Assembly: GCA_001179505.1 (NCBI GenBank)
Contig: CDMY01000324.1
Span: 1-64,000, forward strand
DNA: 64,000 nt
Reading direction: 5' to 3'
DNA from: Vitrella brassicaformis CCMP3155
Taxonomy: Eukaryota > Protista > Chromerida
Part shown: positions 39,978 to 51,599 of the stretch, in pieces
Layout of the letters: the number at the start of each line of letters is the position of its first letter
Position numbering within the stretch: the stretch's first letter is position 1
Program-made: the position numbers and the translations under genes
The notes under the pieces: generated by a model
Databases searched by the model: none
What the model saw: the letters and a program-made list of their open reading frames with translations, nothing else
What the model was told of the DNA's origin: nothing

Positions 39978-42033
39978 ATGCACAAATGGGCCTGGTCATT
40001 TGTACTGCTGCTGCTGCTGCTGCTCGCCGCTAATACAGGTGGGGCGGGCCATCCATCCAGAGGATGCTTCGTGGCGCGCGTCATGGTTTCCATTTCACTC
40101 GTTGTTGGCTGCAGCGATGACAAGAGTTGTTCCATCAAGAGAGCGTCAAATGCACGTCACAGCAGGGGGGCGGATTGAAGCTTCTGAAAGGTGGGATCAG
40201 AGGAGAGGAAGCTGGAGGACTCTGACTCATCAACCATGGCACTCTCTCGGCATTGATTGCAGGGGGGGTGGCACCGCAGTGCAGCCCATCAGCGACCACA
40301 GAAGGAGGGCCTTTGCACAGGCCGACTCGCGAATGAGCGGAAACAGCGCGGGCGTCATGACTTCTCAAGAGAGCGACGACCCGAAGGAAGTCATCCTCAC
40401 ATTCGAAGGATGGTACTTATGATGAAGGCCACACGTGCACCCAATGCACCGTGACAACACGGTGTTGGTGGTGGGTGTGGTCATCTGTGTATGGGTGCTG
40501 CCAGGGACTTGCCTGACATGGACAGCTGGCCCAAGAGTGGAGTGGGTGACTACTATGGGCGGCTGTGTGAGGGGGAGATGCCTGAGGACAGGTGCAAGGA
40601 CAGGTCGACTTGGAAGCTGCCTGTCATTAAGGGCGAGGAGAAAGACGGAAAGGGGATTGCCAAATGGGACACGGAGGTACGTAAGGAAGCAACGACACAC
40701 AGATTCCAGTGAGTCAAGGCTTGCAGAGGGTGGGTCGATTGTATGTTTGGCGGGTGGGTCAGATGGTCCGCTTCCCTTCGACAGGGAGACCAAGTACTAC
40801 GCAGCCTTTTGGGACGAAGACGACGCGGCGTCAGACGACTATGTTGGTGTGTGTGACAAGGACAGAGAAACAGAGCATGCTCCGACGGATGTCAACCTTA
40901 CTTGTTTGTCTGTTAGGCAAGACAGAGCCGTTCAAGCTCGACACCTTCCTGGTTGGGCGCTGTGCTTGTCTGTGTGCTCTTGTATGTGTGTTGTGTCTTG
41001 TGTGCGTGCGCGTGACTCTCTTGGTGTCTGTCTGCCTGCAGAAGACGGGCGATATGAGGTTCAGCCTGTCACCCAATGGAGGTAGAGAGACATGCAGTGC
41101 AGGGAGCCTTAAGGCATCCATGGTTGGTTCCCTTGTCGCTCAAGGGAGGGTCAAGGTCACCGGCGAGTATCTCGGCGGCCCGCAAGAAATGCTTGCCAGG
41201 CAGGAAGGTGAATCAGACGGCTTACTCTACCCCACCGCCATCCATCATCACACACGTCTGTGTCTCGTGTCCATCCAGAGTGCGAGGCGGCACAAGAGTT
41301 CTACAACAAGTCTGAGACAACCCCGCCCGACAAGTTCCTCGTCACCGTCGAAAAGGCCTCAGGTCAGCCAACAAGCGAACAATCCAAGCCTTTCTCTCGA
41401 GACGGCACACATGCATGGCGTTGGGCAGGTTTGCCCAAGATGGACCTGACGTGCGACGGCGAGTTTGTGGGAATGCTGTGCGAGTCTCAGCTGGAGGAGG
41501 GAGCCTGCAAGGAGAACAAGAAGATGCAGACCAAGCAGGCCGACGGCAAGAACGGCGTCGCCACGTGGAACAAGAAGTTTCAACTGCCATATGTCAAGGG
41601 CCAGAGGTTCTACCTCTCCTTCTTTGAGCACGACACCATATCGGACGATTATGTCGGTGAGTGAGTGGGCTCAGTGGGAGGGAGCCTCTGCACATGTGCT
41701 TTAACGAACCCGATTGCTCGTCTGTCGGTTGCAGGGATGACGGAGACCTTCGTGACGGAGGACGTCCTGTGCAAGCCAAAACTGTCTCTGACGATCAAGG
41801 ACAAGGGGAGATATAATGGTGGCTCAAGACACATACTCAACGCACTCAGACAGCAAGAGGAAAAACACCAATGTCTCACTATCTCGTGTGCAGGAAAGGT
41901 GGAATTGGCAGGGGAGATCTCTTTCCCGAAACTAAAGAAAAGTGGCGCGACATACTTCTCGCGCAGACAGTTGGTGGTGCAGGCCTGCTCTGCAGCTGCT
42001 GTGGCTTTTGCACTCTTCTCTCTCTGGCTGTGA
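39978..42033 (+). CDS. Secreted tandem C2-domain protein with a hydrophobic (GPI-like) C-terminus
   Basis: MHKWAWSFVLLLLLLLAANT signal; two C2-like units (DLPDMD...WDTE...FWDEDDAASDDYVG and LPKMD...WNKKF...FFEHDTISDDYVG); tail ACSAAAVAFALFSLWL. Confidence 0.75.
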
Positions 42034-42385
42034 GGATGGCACGTGTGTGTCTTTGGGGGGCGGGGGTTGTGGTGTTGGCAGGGAGTCTGGTACGCTTTAG
42101 ACATCTGTGCCTTGCTTGTTTCTTGCTGCTGCTGCTGGACTCTCTGGGTCGTTGGTGTGTCTTGTGGTGTGTGTGTGTGTCGTCCTCACGAAGACCGACA
42201 GCCGTCAGTTGGACGTGTGCCATTGCTCACTCAGTGCGTGTGTCGGTCAGTCGTAAGGCAACTACATACCCACGCCCCCACTACACAAAACGTCAAAAAC
42301 TCGCCGCCACACGCCAATCCACACACACGCCACGGAAAACACGCACACACGCCTCCTCTCCTGTCCCCCTCACGCCGCATGTCCA

Positions 42386-43098
42386 TCAGTTGGTGGCCGG
42401 CTCTCTCTCAGGAGCATCGATGGCATACCGCATCAAATCCTCCAGCTTGATTGTCCGCAACGCGTTCTCGTGCGTAGCCTTCAGCACAACTGTGAAGTCA
42501 AAAGACAAGAGGGCAGATACAGCGTGTGTGGCGGTCTGTTGTGCGCTCGTTCTCTGTATACGCACTCGGGGGAGCCACCCCAGCTCTGAGAGCCTCGGCC
42601 CATCGGTCAGCACACAGGCACCAGCGGTCACCCGGTCGCAGCCCCGGGAAGTGGGGAGGATGCGGCGTCGACAAATCGTTGCCTGCAGGCAGGCATGCAG
42701 GCAGGCATCACATCAAGCAGCAGACACGAGTGGGCGCACCTACCTTGGGCTCTCGTGTAGGCGAGGAACTCTGCCGTCACCTGTGCGCACACCACATGGC
42801 GACCGATGTCCATCGGCCCCGTGTTGCAGAACCCATCCCTGCAGGCATTCACATGACAGGACCGACACACACTCAACCGAAGATGTACGTCTTTTCTGTC
42901 CTCTTCTTATGGCAAAAGGGCGTACCTGTGGAAGCCAGTCATTGGCGACGTGCAGCAGCACTCCAGTTGGCCGCCCAACACGTTCTTCGCACCAGTGTTT
43001 GTCGTGCCCATGGAGTATGTTGCCGACGAAAAGAGAGCAGCCGGCCGAAGAAAGGCTTTCGAAATCGTGCGTGTGTGCAGCAGCACAGGGAGATGCAT
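42386..43098 (-). CDS. DUF2237-family protein with a putative mitochondrial presequence, 4 exons
   Basis: Spliced: KNVLGGQLECCCTSPMTGFHR|DGFCNTGPMDIGRHVVCAQVTAEFLAYTRAQG|NDLSTP..FPGLRPGDRWCLCADRWAEALRAGVAPP|IVLKATHENAL. Confidence 0.85.
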
Positions 43099-43196
43099 GT
43101 ATGTGCTGCCTCCCTCTGTCGCCTTGGAAAAAGCGCGCACGTCGTCTGCGACTAGGTCTGCGAGCTTAATCCGCCTGCCTCAAAGGTGAACGCGCG

Positions 43197-45805
43197 ATGA
43201 TGGAGGACGCCCACTGGGAGAGCATGGCGACGGTGATGCCCTACTTGGACCGCGGCGAGTCCAAGACCTCCCTCACGACCGACGTCGACGAGGATGATGA
43301 TGACGGTGCGGAGCAGGACTACCAGTGTCGGCAAGGCAAGCGCCCGAAGGTCCGCCGTGTGAAGGCGAAACAACACGACTTTTTGACGAAGAAAACCTTC
43401 TCGGGCGGTCAGCCGCAAACGGCTACTGATGAGAGAGCGAGAGAGCCGACGCAGTCGCGCAGGGCGCCGCCGGGAAGCCCGAAGGGTGCCGGAGCTTCAA
43501 AGGACAAGGCCGCTGCGCCTTCTTCCAGCTCCGCACCCTCCCGGTCCGACGCAGCCCCTCCCTCCACCAAGGCCACCGACGGCTCTCGAGATGCCGGCGT
43601 GACGAGCAAGAAGAGCACAAGCACCGCCCCTTCGTCACAGCAGAGCAGCAGCAGCAGCAGCGGCACCAAACCCAAGTCGCCCAGCAACAAGAGTGGAGAT
43701 CCCGTACAGCGTGCGTCATCCAAGGGGTCACTGTCGACGCAGCTGAGTCGGTCAGGGAGCAACCTCGGCTCAGAGCCGGGAGGCGGCCCTGCTGTCGACC
43801 TGAAAAAGAGAAGTGGTCTCGACGGCAAGTCGGCGTCATCCGCATCTTTGAAGACCCAGCAGCAGTCGCTGCCCATCGAGTCGAGATCCGGCGCGTCGGC
43901 CTCCCGTTCCCCTGACGGCATGATGAGCATTGGGTCGTCGATCAGCAAGGCGGCCAAGCCGGCACCGAGCACGCGACAGGCGCCGAGGCGCAGCAGGACA
44001 CAGCCACCAAGCAACCCAAGCGCTGCATCGGCCACCTCGGCGCGTCGGGCTTCTTCCCGTGGGCCGGGTGCGTCGAGGGGTCGGTCGTCTGCTCGTGTCG
44101 GCGGCCGCCACGTGCGTGTGAGGCCTGGCGGTGTTGTGCCCCGAGGTCGTCTGCGGGTAGTGGTTGTGCAGAAGGGCGTGCACGTGCTGTGGGAGTCGGC
44201 GCTGAGAGGGCCTGGGCGGCGCATGATGGGCGAGGGGCTCACCAATGCCGGACTCTCTGCTGGTGAGTGAGCAAACCAACGGGACGGACGGACGCATGGC
44301 ATGGCTTCATCAAAGGGACTCACACACCGGTCTGCTTGTCTTGTTGTGTCCCTTCCCCTCGCCCATGTCGTGTGCGGTGCGTGTCTGTCAGTGTACAACT
44401 TGGTGGTGCAGGGGAGCCGTGAGCTGCTGTGCTTGCACGACCCCGTGTTGGCCAACTTCAACCAGCTGCCCTTCTCCCAGACCCCCACCCCACGTGCCAG
44501 GCTCAAGGGCATTGCGCGGGCCCTCTGCCACTCCACTGTCCGTGACGGCGGCTGGGGGGCCGCCATCGCAGGCGTGCACTGGGCCGTCGAGAGGGGCGCA
44601 TCTCTGCCAGACTTCTCTTTGGCCACCATGCGGCGCGTGATGGGGCACCTCAAGAAGCTCAAGGGCTATGTGCCTTTTGAGGTCAGTCTGAAATAAATGA
44701 GGGCCGAATGGGATCCATTCACTGAGGTTTTCTTCATTTCTTGTGTGTCAGGCTGCTGTTGAGACGGTTGAGGGGGTGCCTGCCATGGTGCGCTGGATCT
44801 CGCGTGTCGGCTTGGCCACCTTCTGGCACGCCCTCAACATCCTCTTCGGCGGTCTGCAGCTGGCCAAGGCGCTCAAGAAATGGCGAGAGGGAGGCGAGAG
44901 CGCCACACGAGAGGGACTGAAGGAGGTACCCACGCCCAGACACACAACAGCAGCGGGCAATTGTCTGTCAAATCCTTCCCTTGCTGCACCAGGTGCTTGA
45001 CGCATTCGTGTCGACGGCGGCAGGGTCGTTCTTCATCATGTTGGGCGCGCCGGGAGCCGGCATCGGTGTGTGTTGGGGCCTCGCTGAAGGCATATTGGGC
45101 GTCCAGAGTGCCTTCACCACGCACATCGCAGCGTCGCTCGCCCCACTCTCCTCCGCCTCCCCTGCTGCGCCCGTGGTGAAGCCGCCCACCAGAGCCCTGC
45201 TCATGTCGACGATTGACCAGCACAGCATGAGCACGGTGGCCGGCTCCAGTCCCCGCAGCAGCAGCAGGAGCATCGACGACTCGCCCGCCAGCCGATTCAG
45301 AGAGAGGACCGTTCGCGAGAGGGGCGAGGAGTGGCAGCGGGTGGACCTCATGCTCAGCAGAGGGGCTTCATCCGACGACCTGCCGGCCGCATGGCCGGAT
45401 GGGCCGTTGTCGGTAGGCTTGCCGCCCAGGAGCCACCATTCCCTGCCGCACCTGCTGCCCTCACACCACTCGGACCACTCCATGGCCCCCGACCCCTGCA
45501 TGTGCCGCCACTGGTCGACAAGAGCATTTGCGCGGCTGCAGCGGGGCCTGGGGGGCGAGGGGGCCCTCCATGACATGAGCCAGTCGTATGGCTTCACGGG
45601 TGGGGAGGGATTGCGTCAGACGGTTCAGCGTGCGGTGCTGCGGCGGTGTGAGCGGTGCGAGCGGGAGAGTGCCATGGACCGCATCGCTGTGCCCTTGCCG
45701 CCACTGCTGATGCGGCGGAGCAGCTCGGCGCCCACCGAGAGTGAGAGGGAGGAGGAGGCGGCCGAGAGGGGCTATGTGGTGTCCATGCATGTGATGGCTA
45801 TGTGA
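43197..45805 (+). CDS. Multi-exon hypothetical protein with S/P-rich regions and a central hydrophobic segment
   Basis: ORFs 43197-44270, 44301-44696, 44743-45000 and 44981-45805 are linked by canonical introns. Confidence 0.6.
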
Positions 45806-47148
45806 TGGCTATGTGATGCGATGAGATGAGACGAGACCATCCAGTCAGTTTTGCGTTGCCGATCCCTCCTTGTGACGCCACTCCTTGGACGATTTTTGGA
45901 TCGTTCGTGCTTTCCTTGTACACATGATGTGGTGGGTGGTGGCTTCGCGATGTCTGAGTGGTGCTTGCTGGACTAGTCGATGGGATTTTTCTTTTGTCGA
46001 CTAGCGAGACAGATGTGTGTGTGTGTGTGCGTGTGTGTGTGCGTGCGTGTAGACGGACACCCAAGTGAAGCCAACTGTATAACTGCCTCCACACACTCAC
46101 TCTAGTCCACTCCGTCGCTCTCTCCCTTGTTCTGCTTGCTTGTGTGCTTGGTAGTGAGTCCGGCCGCCGAATGAATGGCCTTCTATGTGAGCCAGCCGGC
46201 ATGCTGCAAGCGACTTTTTGACCTGACTGAATGACTTGTGTGACGGCCGGCAGCAGCTAGGGCTACTTGACGGATAGACCATGAGCCGTACACACACATC
46301 TGTATGAGAACTGGGCTAACGAATGCACTGACATGACTTGACTTCACTGGTGTGGCTTTGTCAGCACCCCGTCCACCCCTCACACACACTCCACTTTGCC
46401 CTCCTGCCTGCCTGCCTGCCTGCCTGGCTGTCTGTCGGCTGTCTCCCTGTGTGACGGCCCGGCTGTGTGAGTGTAGTTGCTTAGGCTTGAGCAGTTCTGC
46501 TCGCTTGGATAAGCCATTCGCGCGCCGAGGCCTCCAGGGAAGACACAGCACGGACAGCCAGCCGCTTTCTCTGTTGATATGTGCACTTTGTGCAGTTGCG
46601 CCGTGTGGATAGACTGAGACACAAACGACATCATCTCGCTGCTCACTTCACTTGCCTGGCTGCTTTTCACTGGGCTCCTTGGCTTCCTTTTGGCTGGTGT
46701 TGCGCGCTCTCATCAGCTGAGGGCAACCGATTTTCCTAACCATGTGTCACACAGTTGAGAATGAATGAGACAGATTTGGTGCCGACAGGCGGCCAAAGAT
46801 GCGTTTCAATGAATGGGCCAGCGTCTGTGTGTGGTCATGATTTCGGCCGAGCAAGCAGAGTCTATCGTCAATTGGAGGAAAAGCGCCACAGCGAGCACCT
46901 CACACACACACACACACAGAGACAGACAGACATACATCGGCAGCTTCTACTCACTAGGCAGACACAGATGAGGAACCCGAAGAAAATTCCCCTGACCCCC
47001 AAAGATGCCACTTCTACTCAGCTAGGCACAGACACTTTGGTTGATATATATATAGTACGACGCATAAATGTGTATACCCTCTCCCTCCCTCCCGCATTCG
47101 CCAGTCTGTCTCTCTGCCTGCCTACTTGTCTGTCTGTCTGTCTGTCTG

Positions 47149-49267
47149 TCAAGGCCCGCGGTATGCGAGCCGCGCATTGCATCTGGGGTGCAGCTCCTTG
47201 CCCCACACGAACTGCTGCTCTGCCACCCGCCTGGCCTCACTCGCCAGCGCCCTCAAATACGACACAGCCAGAGGAAAGCCGCTGCCCCGCGGCACAGGGA
47301 ACCCCTCCAATGGGTCTTTCTCTTCCTCACCCTCCCCCTCCCTCCCAGGGTTCCTCTCGCCCTCTCCGTCCTCATCCTCTTTAAAGGTGCCATCCTCCGT
47401 GCTGTAGAGGGTGAATGTGGCCTCGACGGTGGTCTCCTTGGTGTGGCAGTGTGTCGTCTCCGTCATGGTGGTCTCGAGTGCCAGCAGCGGGAGGGCCTGT
47501 GGGTGCTCGAGCACTGTTGACACTAGCAGGGCGCTCCGGCCACGGCTCATGATGGTGGTCATGGTGATGGTCGATGTGACGCCCGTCCCCTGCCGCCGGG
47601 AGGGAATGGAGGGGCCACCACTGCGGAAGGGCTTGAAGGACGACCATCTTGCCCACCCTATCAGATTGCGAAGCTTGCACAGCACCTGCTTGCTCCTGCC
47701 GCTCGCCTGTAACACAGCCAGCACCAGACACGCAGACACGGCATGAGGATACAACGTCCCACCAAGCCCCACCCCCGCGCCCTCGGGAAGTGACCGTGAT
47801 CTGACTCAGCCGTCGGTGTGAATACTGGCCCGTGACGGTGAGGACGAACTTGCCCACCCTCTTGTCGTGTGCGTGCTGCAGCAACGGCGTGATGGCGCGG
47901 TGCATGACGTATTGCGTGAGGGAGCCGTGACGCTCGACGATGGCTGGCAGGGGGGTCTGCAGCGGTAGGGACACATCGGTGGGGAGGACGTCAATGGCTT
48001 GGTCACGGAGCATGTAGAGGGGTGGGTTCTTGGGGTCCTCGCTGTCCACCGCTGACACGTCATCTGCAAGACACACAGACAGATCCATGCATAGATAGCC
48101 TAAAGGTGGCGTGCGGTGGGGTGGGGTGCCGTTCGCTCACGTACCGAATGCCAAGTTGCCGACCGACATGGTCTCGAGCAGATCCAGGAGTCGATCGAGA
48201 GCGCCAGCATCACCACCACCATCGCCCGAGCCGCCATCGCTGTCGCCTTCGTCCTGATCCTCCTGATCCGGGTCCTGTGGAGCCTCCTCACTGCTGCCAT
48301 CCTCTCCCTCGCCCTCACCGTCACCGGCGCCGCTGCCGTCGTCTCCGGCACTCTCGCCACCAGCACCCTCCTCATCGACAGGGGCACCCTCATTCTCATC
48401 TTGACCGTCGCTGTCGTCCTCCTCGTCCTCTTCGCCGTCCTCCTCGCCGTCATCGTCGTCCTCATCATCGTCCTCGTCATCCCATTCGTCGCTGAAGACG
48501 CTGTCTGGTGGGTCGCTGTCGCCAGAGCCGATCTGGGCGATGGCACACCGCCCAGAGCTCTCCAGAGCGGTCAGCCGCAGCGTGGATGAGGCCATGACGG
48601 CAGTCGCCTTCCCCTGGTAGACGCTGGGGTCCCTGCCAATCTGCAGCTCAAAGCGACCGGCGACAGGGGGAGGGGGCGAGGCGGATGGTGTCGCGGGGCG
48701 GGTGGTGTCGGCACTCGATGAGCTGGCGGTGTCGGTGCTTGTGGCCGTCTTGCTCGCGATGTATTCGCGGATGTGACGGCCGAGTGACGCCCCGAAGATC
48801 GCGTACTGAGCGAACACCCGCGGCATGTCGTACTGCAGGTCCATGAGTGGCGGGATGGTCGCCATGTCATCGTCGCTCAGCTGCAGGTCGGAGGCCGGCA
48901 GGCCAAAATGGTGCAGCACCGCCAGGATGTCCGCCCAATCCCTCCACCTCACATCGTTGACTCCGATGCGCTCCTCTTCCCACGTGTCACGGTGGGCCAC
49001 CAGTGCCATCATCTTCGCTGCGTTGCCGGCGGTTGTCCCTCCGAAGCGCACCACGGTGAGCATCTCGGAGCCGTCTTGCAGCGCCTCCTGGGTCTGCTCG
49101 GCGAGCCGCGCTCTGAGGAACGCCGAGTTGATGGTGTGACTGAAGATACGCGACGCCAGCCGAAGATCTTGCCAGTCCTGCGAGCAGATCAGCAAGATCA
49201 GCCACGACAAATGCAGCAGAGAAGAGATGGCGTCTGTTCGCTCGTGTGTACCCAGCGTTGCAGCCAT
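47149..49267 (-). CDS. Lineage-specific hypothetical protein (F-box-like N-terminus, long acidic insert), 3 exons
   Basis: Long ORF from 49267 (LLICSQDWQDLRLASRIF), D/E/G-rich tract, in-frame introns near 48.1 and 47.75 kb. Confidence 0.65.
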
Positions 49268-49427
49268 CTTGAGGTTTTCTGGACGCAGTTGGCATCGAGT
49301 GAGGCAAGATCCACAGCCGCGGGAACGTCGCTCATCACCCGGGGAGCGGCTCAAACGCCTCCTCTTTTGACGTTTGGCGTCCCCCGCGGTCAGCGGCGCT
49401 CGCGAACGCTGCGGAGATCAGCGGCAG

Positions 49428-49592
49428 TGCGAGCTGGAGGGGGCAGTATGATGGGGGCTGAGACTGAGTCTCGCTGTAGTGACGTTCACGTTGTCAGCGC
49501 CTCTAGCTGTCTCGCGTCCGGTCAACATGCTGACTGCTCGTCTTTCCCGACGCTTCTCGCGGCTGGAAGCACTCGACAAGGGTAAGAGCCCA
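49428..49592 (+). repeat. Left arm of a diverged inverted repeat containing mini-exon MLTARLSRRFSRLEALDK (49527-49581) and a GT donor
   Basis: Reverse-complement similarity to 51255-51432. Confidence 0.8.
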
Positions 49593-51254
49593 GCACCGGC
49601 AATGAGGTCCCACGACAGCTGCAATGAGTGTGTGCTCCCTGTTGCAGTGCCATTCTTCGCCACTGAACTCATGAGGGCGAGGCTGCCGAAGAAGCGGTCG
49701 GCTCGCCCACCCGGCTCGGCACCGCCACCAGCTCTCAGACAGCCTTGATGCCAGAGGAGGACGGTGACGACACCGCCAAGAAAGACGGCCCAGAAGGAGA
49801 GATTCCAGGCCTCCCTTCCAACGGGATGGGCAACACCACCCGGCTCCCCACTCCTCGGCCGCAGCAAGCCCATCGCCAGCCCTGTCATGCTCCAGCTCTC
49901 CCCGAAACCCCCATTGCAGCCAAAGGAGCCTCAGGTGCCAAGAGCCGCCCCCGCGACTATGTCGCTGTCGACGCTCCTCTCTCCTGGCGAGGCGCCATTC
50001 TCTTTGGACAACGACAGTCAAGACGAATGGTGGCAATCGCTGCCCCATGCCAACCAGCCAGAGAAGGCCTGCTTGGCGGCAACAACAGCTGGCCCCTCCG
50101 GCAACAAGCAGAGGTCCGTCTGCGATACCTGGTGCTCACCAACAGGTCCCTTTTGCAATGCTGCATATATATACATCGTCCGTCTCTGCAGGCCCACTTT
50201 CTACAAGACCGAATGCTCTGACGAGAATGACAGCCGTGGAGGAAAACACAAGAATTGGTACACAAGGACACACACACACGTGTCTCCGGATGCTGTTCTC
50301 ATATTTTGGCCGCGTGTGCCTCAAACCCTTTTGCTGCAGCTGCAGTGGTCCGTCGAATTGTGATACCACCGAAAGGCGGCCGCACACGACTTTTTCCGCC
50401 CTGCTCGTCAACAAAGTGGCTGGGTGGTGGGCGCGTGTGAAACAGCCGTCCATAAATTGTGTGGACAAGTTCACCGAGGCCGACGCAGGAGTGGAGGATG
50501 GCTGGACCGAGCTGATGGTTGCCTAGATGTGATGTGACGCAGCTGGACGAAGAAGAGGAAGAAACGGATGCGACACGGAGACGGATGTGAGGATGCTGAT
50601 GAAAGAAAGGATGATGGAGACAAGAACTGCTGCCGCCTCGACTGAGTCGACGGGGCAAGCAAGAGGGAAAGGGCAGCGCTTTGGCTTGAAGCACCGTTTT
50701 GGCGCTTGTGTCCCATGGTCTATGTTTATATGTGAGCTGCCTACCTGTGTATAATGTGTATGAGGCCAGACGAAATCCGTGTCTCCATTGTTATGGCATC
50801 CAATCAAGATTCAAATATGTCACCAACGCACATACATATATCGAGCTGGATATATATCCTCAAGCAAATATAAACTGCAGGCAGCGATCGGTGTCTTGGT
50901 TTCACTGCCCACGCTCTTCCCTCCTCTCTTGATCCTCCGCGGTCTTGATCGAGGGCGAAGTTCGGGTAAGCCCCGTCTTGCAGAAGTTCATCGGAGGTGG
51001 GGAGCGCACTGATCGCTCTGAGTGCTCCCAGAGACAGCTGATTGGGGGCCAATCTGGAGGTAGGGCTCGTCCTCTTTACAGTGACTGCGACTAGGGGACC
51101 GACATCAGCGGCAAGTCGCAAGCTCTCCCCTCGCCCGAACATTTCTGACCGACACACACATGAATGAATAAACAGCATGGGTGGGCGGGCGGTGAGTGTG
51201 TGTGGGTCAGTGCCTGGCTGATACTTTGACGGACGGCTTGGACAGCAACTGACT

Positions 51255-51432
51255 GGGCTCTACCTTTGTCGAGTGCTTCAAGCCGCGAAAAGCGCCGAGA
51301 AAGGCGAGCACCCAACATCTTGACCGAATGCGACACAGGCAGAGGCGCTGACGACGTCCCAGTCAACCAAACGCGAGACTCCAATTGCGAGACAGTCTCA
51401 GCCCTCATCAGATTCTTGCCCCCTCAGCTCGC
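51255..51432 (-). repeat. Right arm of the inverted repeat containing mini-exon MLGARLSRRFSRLEALDK (51318-51264) and a GT donor
   Basis: Reverse-complement similarity to 49428-49592. Confidence 0.8.
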
Positions 51433-51599
51433 GCCGGCGGTCTTGCGATCGTACACCCTTCTGCGGCTTAGGATGCAGCAGCAGTGGCGGCGCGGCAGGG
51501 TTGGCGGTCGGCTTCGACCGGCCCAGGCGAGGCGAGTCGGGAGGCGTGGTCCAGGCCGGAAGCAAGAGGAACTCAGCGGGGACACTGCTGACGGACGGC

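Noticed and set aside
42900-43190. + strand reading AYLWKPVIGDVQQHSSWPPNTFFAPV as the 5' part of the 43197 gene
   Set aside because: It is the antisense shadow of DUF2237 exon 1
45810-47140. Short ORFs and an 8-bp inverted repeat (CTAGTCGA/TCGACTAG) in the 46-47 kb spacer
   Set aside because: Compatible with chance; no coding signature
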